Assembly (NCBI GenBank): GCA_964016885.1
Contig: OZ024744.1
Span: 8,122,001-8,186,000 of the forward strand
Reading direction: 5' to 3'
Source of the DNA: Eledone cirrhosa
Lineage: Eukaryota
DNA: 64,000 nt
Part shown: one piece after another, positions 1-11,213 of the stretch
Position numbering within the stretch: the first letter of the stretch is position 1
Layout of the letters: every line of letters begins with the position of its first letter
Notes under the pieces: model-generated
The model's database searches: none
What the model saw: the letters and a program-made list of their open reading frames with translations, nothing else
What the model was told of the DNA's origin: nothing
Position numbers and translations under genes: made by a program

Positions 1-1320
1 GTGACACCATACTAGTGTGGTGGATTGGTAGTATTGGTAGAGGGTGTGACACCATACAAGGTTGGTGGATTGGTAGTATATGTAGAGGGTGTGACACAAT
101 ACTAGGGTGGTGGATTGCTAGTATAGGTAGAGGGTGTGACACAAAACTATGGTAGTGGATTGGTAGTATAGGTAGAGGGTGTGACATCATACTAGTATGG
201 TGGATTGGTAGTATAGGTAGAGGGTGTGACAGCATACTAGGGTGGTGGATTGACAGTATTGGTAGAGGGTGTGACACCATACTAGGGTGGTAGGTAGGTA
301 GTATTGGTAGATGGTTTGATAACATACTAGGGTGGTGGATTGGTAGTATTGGTAGAGGGTGTGACACCTTACTAGTGTGGTAGATATGTAGTATTGGTAG
401 AGGGTATGACACCATACTAGGGTGGTGGATTGGTAGTATAGGTAGAGGGTGTGACACCATACTAGCGTTTTGGATTGACAGTATAGGTAGAGGGTGTGAC
501 ACCATACTAGGCTGTTAGTTTGGTAGTATAGGTAGAGGGCGTGAAACCATGTTAGGGTGGTTTGATTGGTAGTATTGGTAGAGGGTGTGACACCATACTA
601 GGGTGGTAGATTGCTAGTATTTGTAGAGGGTTTGATACCATACTAGTATGGTGGATTGGCAGTATAGGTAGAGGGTGTGACACCATTCTAAGGTGGTGGA
701 TTGGTAGTATTGGTAGAGGGTGTGACACCATACTAGTGTGGTGGATTGGTAGTATTGGTAGAGAGTTTGACACCATACTAGGGTGGTAGATTGGTAGTAT
801 TGGTAGAGTGTGTGACACCATACTAGGGTGGTGGATTGGTAGTATTGGTAGAGAGTTTGACACCATACTAGGTTGGTGGATTGGTAGTATAGGTAGAGGG
901 TGTGACACCATACTAGGGTGGCGGATTGCTAGTATAGGTAGAGGGTGTGACACCAAACTCTGGTTGTGGATTGGTAGTATAGGTAGAGGGTGTGACACCA
1001 TACTAGTGCGGTGGATTGGTAGTATAGGTAGAGGGTGTCACAGCATACTTGGGTGGTGGATTGACAGTATTGGTAGAGGGTGTGACACCATACTAGGGTG
1101 GTAGATAGGTAGTACTTGTAGAGGGTGTGATACCATACTAGGGTGGTGGATTGGTAGTATTGGTATAGGGTGTGACACCATAGTAGGGTGATAGATAGGT
1201 AGTATTGGTAGAGGGTGTGATACCATACTAGGGTGGTGGATTGGTAGTATTGGTAGAGGGTGTGATACCATAATAGGGTGGTGGATTGGCAGTGTAGGTA
1301 GAGGGTGTGACACCATACTA

Positions 1321-1356
1321 GGGTGTGACACCATACTAGGGTGTGACACCATACTA
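1321..1356. repeat. Two extra tandem 18-bp sub-monomer units (GGGTGTGACACCATACTA)
   Basis: The 18-mer occurs three times in a row at 1303-1356. Single extra units occur at 3471-3488, 7225-7242, 39538-39555 and 48480-48497. Confidence 0.92.
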
Positions 1357-4300
1357 GGGTGGTGGATTGGTAGTATTGGTAGAGAGTTTGACACCATACT
1401 AGGGTGGTATATTGGTAGTATTGGTAGAGTGTGTGACACCATACTAGGGTGGTGGATTGGTAGTATTGGTAGAGGGTGTGACACCATACTAGGTTGGTGG
1501 ATTGGTAGTATAGGTAGAGGGTGTGACACCATACTAGGGTGGTGGATTGCTAGTATAGGTAGAGGGTGTGACGCCAAACTATGGTAGTGGATTGGTAGTA
1601 TAGGTAGAGGGTGTGACACCATACTAGTGTGGTGGATTGGTAGTATAGGTAGAGGGTGTGACACCATACTAGGGTGGTAGATAGGTAGTATTTGTAGAGG
1701 GTGTGATACCATACTAGGGTGGTGGATTGGTAGTATTGGTATAGGGTGTGACACCATGTTAGGGTGGTAGATTGGTAGTATTGGTAGAGTGTGTGACACC
1801 ATACTAGGATGGTGGATTGGTAGTATTGGTAGAGGGTGTGACACCATACTAGGTTGGTGGATTGATAGTATAGGTAGAGGGTGTGACACCATACTAGGGT
1901 GGTGGATTGGTAGTATAGGTAGAGGGTGTGACACCATACTAGTGTGGTGGATTGGTAGTATAGGTAGAGGGTGTGACAGCATACTAGGGTGGTGGATTGA
2001 CAGTATTGGTAGAGTGTGTGACACCATACTAGGGTGGTAGATAGGTAGTATAAGTAGACGGTGTGATACCATAATAGGGTAGTGGATTGGTAGTATAGGT
2101 AGAGGCTGTGACACCATACTAGGGTGGTAGATTGGTAGTATTGGTAGAGGGTGTGACACCATACTAGGGTGGTGGATTGGCAGTATAGGTAGAGGGTGTG
2201 ACACCATGTTAGGGTGGTAGATTGGTAGTATTGGTAGAGTGTGAGACAGCATACTAGGGTGGTGGATTGGCAGTATAGGTAGAGGGTGTGATACCATACT
2301 AAGGTGGTAGAATGGTAGTATAGTTAGAGGGTGTGACACAATACTAGGATGGTGGATTGCTAGTATAGGTAGAGGGTGTGACACCATGTTAGGGTGGTGG
2401 ATTGGTAGTATTGGTAGAGGGTGTGACACCATACTAGGGTGGTGGATTGGTAGTATAGGTAGAGGGTGTGACACCATGTTAGGTTGGTGGATTGGTAGTA
2501 TAGGTATACGGTGTGACACCATACTAGGGTGGTAGATAGGTAGTATTGGTAGAGGGTGTGATACCATACTAGGGTGGTGGATTGGTAGTATTGGTAGAGA
2601 GTGTGATACGATAATAGGGTGGTGGATTGACAGTATAGGTAGAGGGTGTGACACCATACTAGGGCGGTGGGTTGGCAGTATAGGTAGAGGGTGTGACACC
2701 ATACTAGTATGGTGGATTGGTAGTATAGGTAGAGGGTGTGATCCCATACTAGGTTGGTGGATTGGTAGTATAGGTAGAGGGTGTGACACCATACCAGGTG
2801 GTGGATTGGTAGTGTAGGTAGAGGGTGTGACACCATACTAGGGTGGTGGATTGGTAGTATTGGTAGCGGTTGTGACACCATACTAGGGTGGTGGATTGGT
2901 AGTATTGGTAGAGAGTTTGACACCATACTAGGGTGGTAGATTGGTAGTATTGGTAGAGTGTGTGACACCATACTAGGGTGGTGGATTGGTAGTATTGGTA
3001 GAGGGTTTGACACCATACTAGGTTGGTGGATTGGTAGTATAGGTAGAGGGTGTGACACCATACTAGGGTGGTGGATTGCTAGTATAGGTAGAGGGTGTGA
3101 CACCAAACTCTGGTTGTGGATTGGTAGTATAGGTAGGGGGTGTGACACCATACTAGTGCGGTGGATTGGTAGTATAGGTAGAGGGTGTCACAGCATACTT
3201 GGGTGGTGGATTGACAGTATTGGTAGAGGGTGTGACACCATACTAGGGTGGTAGATAGGTAGTACTTGTAGAGGGTGTGATACCATACTATGGTGGTGGA
3301 TTGGTAGTATTGGTATAGGGTGTGTCACCATAGTAGGGTGGTAGATAGGTAGTATTGGTAGAGGGTGTGATACCATACTAGGGTGGTGGATTGGTAGTAT
3401 TGGTAGAGGGTGTGATACCATAATAGGGTGGTGGATTGGCAGTGTAGGTAGAGGGTGTGACACCATACTAGGGTGTGACACCATACTAGGGTGGTGGATT
3501 GGTAGTATTGGTAGAGAGTTTGACACCATACTAGGGTGGTATATTGGTAGTATTGGTAGAGTGTGTGACACCATACTAGGGTGGTGGATTGGTAGTATTG
3601 GTAGAGGGTGTGACACCATACTAGGTTGGTGGATTGGTAGTATAGGTAGAGGGTGTGACACCATACTAGGGTGGTGGATTGCTAGTATAGGTAGAGGGTG
3701 TGACGCCAAACTATGGTAGTGGATTGGTAGTATAGGTAGAGGTTGTGACACCATACTAGTGTGGTGGATTGGTAGTATAGGTAGAGGGTGTGACACCATA
3801 CTAGGGTGGTAGATAGGTAGCATTTGTAGAGGGTGTGATACCATACTAGGGTGGTGGATTGGTAGTATTGGTATAGGGTGTGACACCATGTTAGGGTGGT
3901 AGATTGGTAGTATTCGTATAGGGTGTGACACCATACTAGGTTGGTGGATTGATAGTATATGTAGAGGGTGTGACACCATACTAGGGTGGTGGATTGGTAG
4001 TATAGGTAGAGGGTGTGACACCATACTAGTGTGGTGGATTGGTAGTATAGGTAGAGGGTGTGACAGCATACTAGGGTGGTGGATTGACAGTATTGGTAGA
4101 GTGTGTGACACCATACTAGGGTGGTAGATAGGTAGTATAAGTAGACGGTGTGATACCATAATAGGGTGGTGGATTGGTAGTATTGGTATAGGGTGTGACA
4201 CCATACTAGGGTGGTAGATAGGTAGTATTGGTAGAGGGTGTGATACCATACTAGGGTGGTGGATTGTTAGTATTGGTAGAGGCTGTGACACCATACTAGG

Positions 4301-4782
4301 GTGGTAGATTGGTAGTATTGGTAGAGGGTGTGACACCATACTAGGGTGGTGGATTGGCAGTATAGATAGAGGGTGTGACACCATGTTAGGGTGGTAGATT
4401 GGTAGTATTGGTAGAGTGTGAGACAGCATACTAGGGTGGTGGATTGGTAGTATTGGTAGAGGGTGTGACACCATACTAGGGTGGTGGATTGGTAGTATAG
4501 GTAGAGGGTGTGACACCATACTAGGGTGGTAGATTGGTAGTATATGTAGAGGGTGTGACACCATGTTAGGGTGGTGGATTGGTAGTATAGGTATACGGTG
4601 TGACACCATACTAGGGTGGTAGATAGGTAGTATTGGTAGAGGGTGTGATACCATACTAGGGTGGTGGATTGGTAGTATTGGTAGAGAGTGTGATACCATA
4701 ATAGGGTGGTGGATTGACAGTATAGGTAGAGGGTGTGACACCATACTAGGGCGGTGGGTTGGCAGTATAGGTAGAGGGTGTG

Positions 4783-4802
4783 ACACCATACTAGTATGGT
4801 GT
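4783..4802. other. Perfect 20-bp palindrome ACACCATACTAGTATGGTGT within a variant monomer
   Basis: The sequence equals its own reverse complement. The 18-bp version CACCATACTAGTATGGTG occurs at, for example, 2697-2714, 8898-8915 and 28036-28053. Confidence 0.9.
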
Positions 4803-5904
4803 ATTGGTAGTATAGGTAGAGCGTGTGATCCCATACTAGGTTGGTGGATTGGTAGTATAGGTAGAGGGTGTGACACCATACCAGGTGGTGGATTGGGAGT
4901 GTAGGTAGAGGGTGTGACACCATACTAGGGTGGTGGATTGGTAGTATTGGTAGCGGTTGTAACACCATACTAGGGTGGTAGATAGGTAGTATTTGTAGAG
5001 GGTGTGATACCATACTAGGGTGGTGGATTGGTAGTATTGGTATAGGGTGTGACACACATACTATGGTGTTAGATAGGTAGTATTGGTAGAGGGTGTGATA
5101 CCTTACTAGGGTGGAGGATTGGTAGTATTGGTAGAGGGTGTGATACCATAATAGGATGGTAGATTGACAGTATATGTAGAGGGTGTGATACCATACTAGT
5201 ATGGTGGATTGGCAGTATAGGTAGAGGGTGTGACACCATACTAGGGTGGTGGATAGTTAGTATTGGTAGAGGGTGTGACACCATACTAGTGTGGTGGATT
5301 GGTAGTATTGGTAAAGAGTTTGACACCATACTAGTGTGGTGGATTGGTAGTGTTGGTAGAGAGTTTGACACCATCCTAGGGTGGTAGATTGGTAGTATTG
5401 GTAGAGTGTGTGACACCATACTAGGATGGTGGATTGGTAGTATTGGTAGAGGGTGTGACACCATACTAGGTTGGTGGATTGGTAGTATAGGTAGAGGGTG
5501 TGAAACCATACTAGGGTGGTGGATTGGCAGTATAGGTAGAGGGTGTGACACCATGTTAGGGTGGTAGATTGGTAGTATAGGTAGAGGGTGAGACAGCATA
5601 CTAGGGTGGTGGATTGGTAGTATTGGGAGAGGGTGTGATACCATACTAGGGTGGTGGATTGGTAGTATAGGTAGAGGGTGTGACACCATACTAGTGTGGT
5701 GGATTGGTAGTATTGGTAGAGAGTTTGACACCATACTAGGGTGATAGATTGGTAGTAATGGTAGAGTGTGTGACACCATACTAGGGTGGTGGATTGGTAG
5801 TATAGGTAGAGGGTGTGACAAAATGTTAGGGTGGTGGATTGGTAGTATTGGTAGAGGATGTGACACGAAACTAGGGTGGTGGATTGGTAGTATAGGTAGA
5901 GGGT

Positions 5905-8900
5905 GTGACACCATACTAGGGTGGTGTATTGGTAGTATTGGTAGAGGGTGTGACACCATACTAGTGTGGTGGATTGGTAGTATTGGTAGAGGGTGTGACA
6001 CCATACTAGGTTGGTGGATTGGTAGTATATGTAGAGGGTGTGACACCATACTAGGGTGGTGGATTGCTAGTATAGGTAGAGGGTTTGACACAAAACTATG
6101 GTAGTGGATTGGTAGTATAGGTAGAGGGTGTGACATCATACTAGTATGGTGGATTGGTAGTATAGGTAGAGGGTGTGACAGCATACTAGGGTGGTGGATT
6201 GACAGTATTGGTAGAGGGCGTGACACCATACTAGGGTGGTAGGTAGGTAGTATTGGTAGAGGGTTTGATACCATACTAGGGTGGTGGATTGGTAGTATTG
6301 GTAGAGGCTGTGACACCTTACTAGTGTGGTAGATATGTAGTATTGGTAGAGGGTATGACACCACACTAGGGTGGTGGATTGGTAGTATTGGTAGAGAGTT
6401 TGACACCATACTAGGCTGTTAGATTGGTAGTATAGGTAGAGGGTGTGAAACCATGTTAGGGTGGTTTGATTGGTAGTATTGGTAGAGGGTGTGACACCAT
6501 ACTAGGGTGGTAGATTGCTAGTATTTGTAGAGGGTTTGATACCATACTAGTATGGTGGATTGGCAGTATAGGTAGAGGGTGTGACACCATTCTAAGGTGG
6601 TGTATTGGTAGTATTGGTAGAGGGTGTGACACCATACTAGTGTGGTGGATTGGTAGTATTGGTAGAGAGTTTGACACCATACTAGGGTGGTAGATTGGTA
6701 GTATTGGTAGAGTGTGTGACACCATACTAGGGTGGTGGATTGGTAGTATTGGTAGAGGGTTTGACACCATACTAGGTTGGTGGATTGGTAGTATAGGTAG
6801 AGGGTGTGACACCATACTAGGATGGTGGATTGCTAGTATAGGTAGAGGGTGTGACACCAAACTCTGGTTGTGGATTGGTAGTAAAGGTAGAGGGTGTGAC
6901 ACCATACTAGTGCGGTGGATTGGTAGTATAGGTAGAGGGTGTCACAGCATACTTGGGTGGTGGATTGACAGTATTGGTAGAGGGTGTGACACCATACTAG
7001 GGTGGTAGATAGGTAGTACTTGTAGAGGGTGTGATACCATACTAGGGTGGTGGATTGGTAGTATTGGTATAGGGTGTGACACCATAGTAGGCTGGTAGAT
7101 AGGTAGTATTGGTAGAGGGTGTGATACCATTCTAGGGTGGTGGATTGGTAGTATTGGTAGAGGGTGTGATACCATAATAGGGTGGTGGATTGGCAGTGTA
7201 GGTAGAGAGTGTGACACCATACTAGGGTGTGACACCATACTAGGGTGGTGTATTGGTAGTATTGGTAGAGAGTTTGACACCATACTAGGGTGGTATATTG
7301 GTAGTATTGGTAGAGTGTGTGACACCATACTAGGGTGGTGGATTGGTAGTATTGGTAGAGGGTGTGACACCATACTAGGTTGGTGGATTGGTAGTATAGG
7401 TAGAGGGTGTGACACCATACAAGGGTGGTGGATTGCTAGTATAGGTAGAGGGTGTGACGCCAAACTATGGTAGTGGATTGGTAGTATAGGTAGAGGGTGT
7501 GACACCATACTAGTGTGGTGGATTGGTAGTATAGGTAGAGGGTGTGACACCATACTAGGGTGGTAGATAGGTAGTATTTGTAGAGGGTGTGATACCATAC
7601 TAGGGTGGTGGATTGGTAGTATTGGTATAGGGTGTGACACCATGTTAGGGTGGTAGATTGGTAGTATTGGTAGAGTGTGTGACACCATACTAGGATGGTG
7701 GATTGGTAGTATTGGTAGAGGGTGTGACACCATACTAGGTTGGTGGATTGATAGTATAGGTAGAGGGTGTGACACCATACTAGGGTGGTGGATTGGTAGT
7801 ATAGGTAGAGGGTGTGACACCATACTAGTGTGGTGGATTGGTAGTATAGGTAGAGGGTGTGACAGCATACTAGGGTGGTGGATTGACAGTATTGGTAGAG
7901 TGTGTGACACCATACTAGGGTGGTAGATAGGTAGTATAAGTGGACGGTGTGATACCATACTAGGGTGGTGGATTAGTAGTATTGGAATAGGGTGTGAAAC
8001 CATACTAGGGTGGTAGATAGGTAGTATTGGTAGAGGGTGTGATACCATAATAGGGTGGTGGATTGTTAGTATTGGTAGAGGCTGTGACACCATACTAGGG
8101 TGGTAGATTGGTAGTATTGGTAGAGGGTGTGACACCATACTAGGGTGGTGGATTGGCAGTATAGGTAGAGGGTGTGACACCATGTTAGGGTGGTAGATTG
8201 GTAGTATTGGTAGAGTGTGTGACAGCATACTAGGGTGGTGGATTGGTAGTATAGGTAGAGGGTGTGATACTATACTCGGGTGGTGGATTGGTAGTATTGG
8301 TAGATGGTGTGACACCATACTAGGGTGGTAGATTGGTAGTATAGGTAGAGGGTGTGACAGCATGGTAGGGTGGTAGATTGGTAGTATTAGTAGAGGGTGT
8401 GAGACCATACTAGGGTGCTGGATTGGTAGTATTGGTAGAGGGTGTGACACCATACTATGTTGGTGGATTGGTAGTATTGGCAGAGGGTGTGACACCATAC
8501 TAGGATGGTGGATTGCTAGTATAGGTAGAGGGTGTGACACCATGTTAGGGTGGTGGATTGGTAGTATTGGTAGAGGGTGTGACACCATACTAGGGTGGTG
8601 GATTGGTAGTATAGGTAGAGGGTGTGACACCATACTAGGGTGGTAGATTGGTAGTATACGTAGAGGGTGTGACACCATGTTAGGGTGGTGGATTGGTAGT
8701 ATAGGTATACGGTGTGACACCATACTAGGGTGGTAGATAGGTAGTATTGGTAGAGGGTGTGATACCATACTAGGGTGGTGGATTGGTAGTATTGGTAGAG
8801 AGTGTGATACCATAATAGGGTGGTGGATTGACAGTATAGGTAGAGGGTGTGACACCATACTAGGGCGGTGGGTTGGCAGTATAGGTAGAGGGTGTGACAC

Positions 8901-9040
8901 CATACTAGTATGGTGGATTGGTAGTATAGGTAGAGGGTGTAATCCCATTCTAGGTTGGTGGATTGGTAGTATAGGTAGAGGGTGTGACACCATACCAGGT
9001 GGTGGATTGGTAGTGTAGGTAGAGGGTGTGACACCATACT
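5905..9040. repeat. Higher-order copy of the block at about 1-2850 (offset 5904, rising to 6201 after inserted monomers)
   Basis: ORF pairs 552/6456, 808/6712 and 1038/6942 are offset by 5904; 1789/7675 by 5886; ORF ends 2792/8993 by 6201. The +1 marker GGTTTGATTGG is at 561 and 6465. Confidence 0.75.
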
Positions 9041-11213
9041 AGGGTGGTGGATTGGTAGTATTGGTATAGGGTGTGACACACATACTATGGTGGTAGATAG
9101 GTAGTATTGGTAGAGGGTGTGATACCTTACTAGGGTGGTGGATTGGTAGTATTGGTAGAGGGTGTGATACCATAATAGGATGGTAGATTGACAGTATATG
9201 TAGAGGGTGTGACACCATACTAGGGTGGTGGATTGGTAATATTGGTAGAGGGTGTGACACCATGTTAGGTTGGTGGATTGGTAGTATTGGTAGAGGGTGT
9301 GACACCATACTAGGGTGGTGTATTGGTAGTATAGGTAGAGGGTGTGACACCATAATAGGGTGGTAGATTGGTAGTATTGGTGGAGGGTGTGACACCATAC
9401 TTGGGTGGGGGATATGCAGCATAGGTAGAGGGTGTGACACCATGTTAGGGTGGTAGATTGGTAGTATAGTTAGAGTGTGTGACAGCACACTAGGGTGGTG
9501 TATTGGTAGTATAGGTAGAGGGTCTGACACCATGTTAGGGTGGTGGATTGGTAGTATTGGTAGAGCGTGTGACACCATGTTAGGGTGGTGGATTAGTAGT
9601 ATAGGTAGAGGGTGTGACACCATACTTGGGTGGTGGATTGGTAGTGTAGGTAGAGGGTGTGACACCATACTAGGGTGGTGGATTTTTAGTATATGTAGAG
9701 GGTGTGACACCATACTAGTGTGGTGGATTGGTAGTATAGGTAGAGGGTGTGATACCATACTAGAGTGGAGGATTGGTAGTATTGGTAGAGGGGGTGACAC
9801 CATACTAGGGAGGTAGATAGGTAGTATTGGTAGAGGGTGTGACACCATAATAGGGTGGTAGATTGGTAGTATTGGTAGAGGGTGTGACACCATACTAGGG
9901 TGGTGGATTGGTAGTATAGGTAGAGGGTGTGACACCATACTAGGGTGGTAGATTGGTAGTATTGATAGAGGGTGTGACACCATACTAGGGTGGTGGATTG
10001 ATAGTATAGGTAGAAGGTGTGAAACCATACTAGGGTGGTAGATTGGTAGTATAGCTAGAGGGTGTGATACCATACTAGGGTGGTGGAGTGACAGTATAGG
10101 TAGAGGGTGTGGCACCATACTAGCGTGTTAGATTGGTAGTATTGGTAGAGGGTGTTACACCATACTAGGGTGGTGTATTTGTAGAGGGTGTGACACAATA
10201 CTAGGGTGGTGGAATGGTAGTATTGGTAGAGGGTGTGACACCATGGTAGGATGGTGGATTGGTAGTATTGGTAGAGGGTGTGACACCATGTTAGGGTGGT
10301 GGATTGGTAGTATAGATAGAGGGTGTGACACCATGTTAGGCTGGCTGATTAGTAGTATTGGTAGAGGGATTGACACCATACTAGGGTGGTGGATTGGTAG
10401 TATAGTTAGAGGGTGTGACACCATGTTAAGATGGTGGATTGGTAGTATAGGTAGAGGGTGTGACACCATACCAGGTGGTGGATTGGTAGTATAGGTAGAG
10501 GGTGTGGCACCATACAAGGGTGGTAGAATGGTAGTATTGGTAGAGGGTGTGACACCATACTAGGGTGGTAGATTGGTAGTATAGGTAGAGGGTGTGATAC
10601 CATACTAGGGTGGTGTATTGGTAGTATAGGTAGAGGGTGTGACACCATACTAGTGTGGTGGATTGGTAGTATTGGTAGAGGGTGTGACACCATACCAGGT
10701 GGTGGATTGGTAGTATTGGTAGAGGGTGTGACACCATACAAGGGTGGTGGATTGGTAGTATTGGTAGAGGGTGCGACACCATACTAGGGTGGTTGATTGG
10801 CAGTATAGGTAGAGGGTGTGACACCATACTAGGGTGGTAGATTGGTAGTATAGGTAGAGGGTGTGACACCATACTAGGGTGGTGGATTGGTAGTATAGGT
10901 AGAGGGTGTGACACCATACTAGGGTGGTGGATAGGTAGTATAGGTAGAGAGTGGGACACCATACTAGGGTGGTGTATTGGTAGTATAGGTAGAGAGTGTG
11001 ACACCATACTAGTAAGGTGTTGGATTGGTAGTATAGGTAGAGGGTGTGACACCATACTAGTGTGGTGGATTGGTAGTATAGGTAGAGGGTGTGACAGCAT
11101 ACTAGGGTGCTGGATTGACAGTATTGGTAGAGGGTGTGACACCATACTAGGGTGGTGGATTGGTAGAATTGGTAGAGGGTGTGACACCATACTAGGGTGG
11201 TGGATGGGTAGTA

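Larger units (their letters stand above)
738..4979. repeat. Higher-order tandem duplication, about 2.1-kb unit (738-2887 / 2888-4979)
   Basis: ORF pairs 808/2958 and 1038/3188 are offset by 2150. Shared private variants include GTGTCACAGCATACTTGGG (about 1035/3185), GTACTTGTA (about 1112/3262) and TGGTATATTGG. The offset shrinks to 2087 at the end (GCGGTTGT at 2866/4953) through internal monomer gains and losses. Confidence 0.8.
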
